A stretch of 64,000 nt of DNA, from the NCBI GenBank assembly GCA_963748015.1, contig CAVVHE010000008.1, positions 544,001 through 608,000 on the forward strand, written 5' to 3'. Every line of letters begins with the position of its first letter. The stretch's first letter is position 1. Source of the DNA: Terriglobia bacterium (GTDB lineage Bacteria; Acidobacteriota; Polarisedimenticolia; Polarisedimenticolales; JAIQFR01). Below the pieces are notes generated by a model. That model saw nothing but the letters and a program-made list of their open reading frames with translations, did no database searches and was not told the DNA's origin. The position numbers and the translations under genes are program-made. Shown here in pieces: positions 60,201 to 64,000 of the stretch.

Positions 60201-60283
60201 CGCTTCCGGATTGGAGGTCGGTCGGCGATGCTCGCCGGGTTCTCGCGGTCGACCGCGGTTGTCGCTCCCGGCGAATTCCCTGC

Positions 60284-61996
60284 CTAACGGCCTTCAGCCA
60301 CCAGCGCGAGGTTCTCGCGGCGGCGGGTGACGACGCGGGAGGCGGGGCCGAGGAGGGCGTGGCCGGCCGCGAGGGCGATGACGGCCCAGGCGGACACCAG
60401 GAGCAGCGCCAGCGTCGGGCTCTTGAACGCCGCGAGGCCGAGGGCCGCGAGACCGGCGGGGGGCAGGCCGAGAGCGAGGGAGAGGAGGCCGCCCACGAGG
60501 CTCGCGGTCGGGTGGGGGTTCCCGGAGCGGCCGATCCTGCCGAGGTCCGCCGCCTTCGGGAACAGCGCGGAGAACGCTGCCGCCGCGGGCATCAGGAGGG
60601 CCAGGATCGAGGCCGCGCCGATCGCCGCGGAGAGCCAGTACGCGGGGTGGGCGCGCGGCCCGAGCGCGATGCCGACGCCGGCGCACAGCGCGAAGGTCAG
60701 TCCCCACAGCAGCGTCAGACCCGCCGCCTTGCCCCGCACGAGATCGCGATCCGACAGGGGCGAGAGGAACTGGAGCGACAGGCCGCTCCGGTCGGTCGCG
60801 AACTGGTTGAGCAGGAACGGGTGCAGCGCGATCACGGAGAACAGCGCCGTAGCCCACGGGAGGAGCGCGCCGCCGAGCGTCGGCAGCCCCGAGCCCTCGG
60901 GATCGACCCGGCCGCCTCGAGCCCCCATGAACGCCAGCACGCCGAGCGCGACCGGCGTGAAGAACACCGCGCTCTTCCCCCGCACCGTGCGCAGGACGAG
61001 GCGCACCTCGGCGAGCGCGACCGCCGAAACGCCAGGCGAGAGCCCCGGGACTCGGGCGAGGAACAGGTTCCGCCGCTCGGCGTGCCGTTTGCCGCCGCCT
61101 CCGGCGGGGGTCTCCAGCAGCCGGCGGTAAGCCATCCACGAGACGAGGTAGAGCACGGCGGCGCTTCCGGCGAGTCCGGCGACCGGGACGACCGCGCCCG
61201 CGGCTTCGCCCGCGAGGCTGCGCTCGAGTGCCGCGGCGTAGAGCTCCGACGGCGCTCCCCGCGTCCAGGCTGGAAGCTCGAGGCGAGGGCGCGCGTCGGC
61301 CTCGCCGCGCGGCGCGCGCTCGACCCGCTCTCCGGGATTCCGATGGCGCGACGGGGGCGAGAGCAGCATCGGGAGGAATCCCGCCACCGAGAGCACGGCG
61401 ACGAACAGGAGCGTGACCCACTCGCCCCGCCGGCGGTTGCGCAGGAGCAGCGCGATGACGAACGACGACGCGCTGGCGAGAGCCGCGAGGACGAGCGCGA
61501 GCGTCACGCCGGCCGCGAGGACCGCCGCCCCCGCCGCGAGCGAGCCCGAGAGGAGGAGGCCCGCCGGCAGGGCCGCGAGCGACGGGAGCACCGCGAGGAT
61601 CCAAGGATCGGCCAGGCCGGCCCCGAGCTCCGCGAGGTGCAGGACCCTCCGGGGGATGGGGAGCAGCACGAGCCGGGCGAGGCCGAGGGTGGCCCCCTGG
61701 ATCGAGCGCACGAGCGGGCCGATGAGGACCGCGAACGTGAGCACCGCCAGGAGCGCGCGCGGCACGATGCCGAGCACGACGCGGGCGGTGTCCGATCGCG
61801 CCGCGAGGAACCCTCCGGCGAAGGCGGCGGCCGCGAGCGTCAGCACCGTCGGGATCGCGAGCACCGCCAGGAAAGCGGGGACGGCGACGGCGGCCAGCCG
61901 CGAGGCCCGCTCGAGGGAATCGCGGCGGCTCTTGCGGAACCCGTTGAGGAGGAGACGCCAGCGCAGCCACGCCAGCGCGCGGAGAGCCCGTATCAT
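60284..61996 (-). CDS. ABC-2 type permease-like membrane protein
   Basis: MIRALRALAWLRWRLL start with ATGA overlap; LLPIPRR and FLSPLSDRDLVRGK motifs; many TMs. Confidence 0.85.
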   Translation of the reverse strand: MIRALRALAWLRWRLLLNGFRKSRRDSLERASRLAAVAVPAFLAVLAIPTVLTLAAAAFAGGFLAARSDTARVVLGIVPRALLAVLTFAVLIGPLVRSIQGATLGLARLVLLPIPRRVLHLAELGAGLADPWILAVLPSLAALPAGLLLSGSLAAGAAVLAAGVTLALVLAALASASSFVIALLLRNRRRGEWVTLLFVAVLSVAGFLPMLLSPPSRHRNPGERVERAPRGEADARPRLELPAWTRGAPSELYAAALERSLAGEAAGAVVPVAGLAGSAAVLYLVSWMAYRRLLETPAGGGGKRHAERRNLFLARVPGLSPGVSAVALAEVRLVLRTVRGKSAVFFTPVALGVLAFMGARGGRVDPEGSGLPTLGGALLPWATALFSVIALHPFLLNQFATDRSGLSLQFLSPLSDRDLVRGKAAGLTLLWGLTFALCAGVGIALGPRAHPAYWLSAAIGAASILALLMPAAAAFSALFPKAADLGRIGRSGNPHPTASLVGGLLSLALGLPPAGLAALGLAAFKSPTLALLLVSAWAVIALAAGHALLGPASRVVTRRRENLALVAEGR

Positions 61997-62760
61997 CCGG
62001 CGAGCCACTCGAGCCGGGCGTGGCCGGCGGCCTCGGCGCCGACGAGGTCGAGGAATATCTCCTCGAGGGTCTTCCCGCTGCCGGCCCCCGCGCGCAGCTC
62101 GGCGATCGGCCCCTGGGCGACGAGGCGCCCGCGGTGGATCACCCCGATGTGGTCCGAAAGCCGCTCCACGATCTCGAGAATGTGCGACGTGAGGAACACC
62201 GTCCCGCCCCGCCCGACGAAGGCCAGGAGCAGGTCCTTGATCTGGCGCGAGGCCACCGCGTCGATTCCCTCGAACGGCTCGTCGAGAAAGAGGAGCCTCG
62301 GGGCGGGAAGGAGGGCCGCCGCGAGGGCGATCTTCTTCCTCATCCCGTGGGAGTAGTCCGCCACCAGCTCGTCGGCCGCCCCCTTCAGCTCCATGATCTC
62401 GAGAAGCTCGCCGGAGCGGGACGTGATGGTCGAGGTGCCGAGGCCGTGCACCTGCCCGACGAACGCGAGGGTCTCGGCGCCGGTGAGCCGCTCGAAGAGA
62501 GCGAGGTCCTCGGGCATCACGCCGACGCGCCGCTTGACCTCGACGGGGTCGGCGATCGGGTCGAGGCCGAGGATCCGCATCGAGCCCGAGGTCGGGCGGA
62601 GCAGCCCCGTCAGGCACTTGATCGTCGTGGACTTCCCGGCGCCGTTCGGGCCGAGGAAGCCGTAGAACGCTCCCTTCGGCACCGCGAGATCGATCCCGTC
62701 CACCGCGGCGAGATCCCCGAAGGTGCGTCTCAATCCCTGCGTCTCGATCGCGAGATCCAT
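61993..62760 (-). CDS. ABC transporter ATP-binding protein
   Basis: GPNGAGKS, YSHGMRKK and LFLDEP motifs. Confidence 0.95.
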   Translation of the reverse strand: MDLAIETQGLRRTFGDLAAVDGIDLAVPKGAFYGFLGPNGAGKSTTIKCLTGLLRPTSGSMRILGLDPIADPVEVKRRVGVMPEDLALFERLTGAETLAFVGQVHGLGTSTITSRSGELLEIMELKGAADELVADYSHGMRKKIALAAALLPAPRLLFLDEPFEGIDAVASRQIKDLLLAFVGRGGTVFLTSHILEIVERLSDHIGVIHRGRLVAQGPIAELRAGAGSGKTLEEIFLDLVGAEAAGHARLEWLAG

Positions 62761-62779
62761 GGCGGTACATAATAGCCGC

Positions 62780-64000
62780 ATGAGCGACCCGGACAAGCTG
62801 TTCGAAGAGGCCGCGCCCGCCTTCGAGCGCTGGGAGGTCGTGAAGGACGTCGTGGACGAGACCATCGACCTCGTCCTGAACCACCGGCAGAGCGGGCATC
62901 CGGGCGGCTCGAGATCGAAAGTGCACGTCTTTCTGTCGACGCTCTTGTCGGGAGCGATGCGGTGGGACCCTCTCCGCCCGTGGCGGCCGTTCCAGGACCG
63001 GTTCGTTCTCGCCGCGGGCCACACCGTCCCCCTCGTGTACGCCGCGCTCGCGGTGCTGAACGAGGCGCTGCGCGAGCGGCACCGTCGGACCGCCGACCCG
63101 CGGTTCGAGCTGCCGGACGGGGGGCGCTGGGCGCTGACCTGGGCCGACCTCCTGGCCTTCCGCCGCCGGCGCGGCCTGCCGGGGCACGCGGAGATGCAGG
63201 GGAAGACCCTGTTCCTGAAGTTCAACACCGGGCCGTCGGGACACGGCCTGCCCGCCGCCGCGGGCGAGGCGTTGGCGCTCAAGCTCGCGGGGTGCGAGGA
63301 GGTGAAGGTCTTCGCGCTCGAGGGGGAGGGAGGGCTGACCGCGGGAGCCTCGCACGAGACGAAGAACTCCGCGTGGGGGCTCGGCCTCTCGAACCTCGTG
63401 GTCCTCGTGGACTGGAACGACTTCGGGATCGACGAGCAGCGGATCTCGTCGGTCGTGCCGGGAACGCCCGAAACCTGGTTCGACGCCCACGGCTGGCGCG
63501 TCTTCGGGACCGAGGACGGGATGGAGTGGGGGCCGGTCACGCGTGTGCTGCTCGAGGCCGCGCGGGGCGAGAACCCCGACGGCGTCCCCTCGGCGGCGTG
63601 GTTCAAGACCCGCAAGGGGCGCGGCTACGGCAAGTACGACCACGCGTCGCACGGCTCGCCGCACCCGGCGAACTCGATCGAGTTCTGGGAGCAGCGCAAG
63701 CCGTTCATGGACAAGTACGACGTCGAGTACGACGGCATGAACACCGGAGCGCCGGAGGACCCCGACGCGCGGCGCAGGCAGACGGCGACCAACCTCAACC
63801 GCGCCCTCGACGTCCTCCGCCGCGACGACGCGCTGATCGACGCCCTCTCGGACCGGCTCGTTCGCCTCGCCCGCGAGGTGCCGGAGAAGATCCCGACGTT
63901 CCGCCTCGGTGGCCACGCCGGGAGGATCTTCGAGGACACGCGCCTCCTGGACGCGGCCTCGTACCCCAAGGAGATGTTCGCGAGGCCCGGCGAGAGGAAG
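62780..64000 (+). CDS. tkt: Transketolase-like ThDP enzyme, 3'-truncated
   Basis: Absent from the ORF track (no stop in the window). QSGHPGGS, DRFVLAAGH, GLPGHAE, NTGPSGHG, EGEGG...ETKN...VDWN and TRKGRG motifs. Confidence 0.88.
   Translation, partial: MSDPDKLFEEAAPAFERWEVVKDVVDETIDLVLNHRQSGHPGGSRSKVHVFLSTLLSGAMRWDPLRPWRPFQDRFVLAAGHTVPLVYAALAVLNEALRERHRRTADPRFELPDGGRWALTWADLLAFRRRRGLPGHAEMQGKTLFLKFNTGPSGHGLPAAAGEALALKLAGCEEVKVFALEGEGGLTAGASHETKNSAWGLGLSNLVVLVDWNDFGIDEQRISSVVPGTPETWFDAHGWRVFGTEDGMEWGPVTRVLLEAARGENPDGVPSAAWFKTRKGRGYGKYDHASHGSPHPANSIEFWEQRKPFMDKYDVEYDGMNTGAPEDPDARRRQTATNLNRALDVLRRDDALIDALSDRLVRLAREVPEKIPTFRLGGHAGRIFEDTRLLDAASYPKEMFARPGERK

Noticed and set aside
60284..63916. 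1210-aa ORF suggesting a giant fusion
   Set aside because: Only 60284-61996 is a plausible protein. The upstream part is off-frame to the ATPase and antisense to transketolase.
1..64000. Prophage, transposase, integrase or defence-system genes; rRNA/tRNA
   Set aside because: I recognised no diagnostic motifs by eye. A covariance-model scan would be needed to exclude small RNAs.

Overview
High-GC bacterial chromosomal window, densely coding. I found no rRNA, tRNA, CRISPR array or transposase. The gene repertoire suggests an Acidobacteriota-like environmental genome (inference only). From left to right: a secreted Kelch-repeat protein (truncated), an ABC permease/M1 peptidase fusion with its ATPase, an M13 peptidase, and a cell-surface cluster (aryl-sulfotransferase, SBBP propeller protein, Thr-type sulfatase-like protein, M10 protease, two GT-C-like membrane proteins). 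Next come RsbW-like, PanE, GAF-GAF-GGDEF, pirin, RlmKL, a PP2C-GntR-ABC operon, an RRM protein, and a TetR-MFP-RND operon whose RND gene is fused to a TolC domain through an internal signal peptide. These are followed by a porin-kdpZ/F-kdpABC-kdpDE locus, a selenocysteine peroxiredoxin (in-frame TGA plus SECIS), an epimerase-RsbRD_N fusion, a TetR/B12-radical SAM/Ser-Thr kinase/methyltransferase cluster with twin operators, a saccharopine dehydrogenase-like gene, an S46 peptidase, an ABC-2 pair and a truncated transketolase. The best leads are the Sec-peroxiredoxin, the RND-TolC polyprotein, a C-terminal domain shared by unrelated secreted proteins (possible uncharacterised sorting signal), and the porin-headed kdp operon. 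Two zones (2.5-6.1 kb and 40.8-44.0 kb) are full of +1 insertions that look like read errors.
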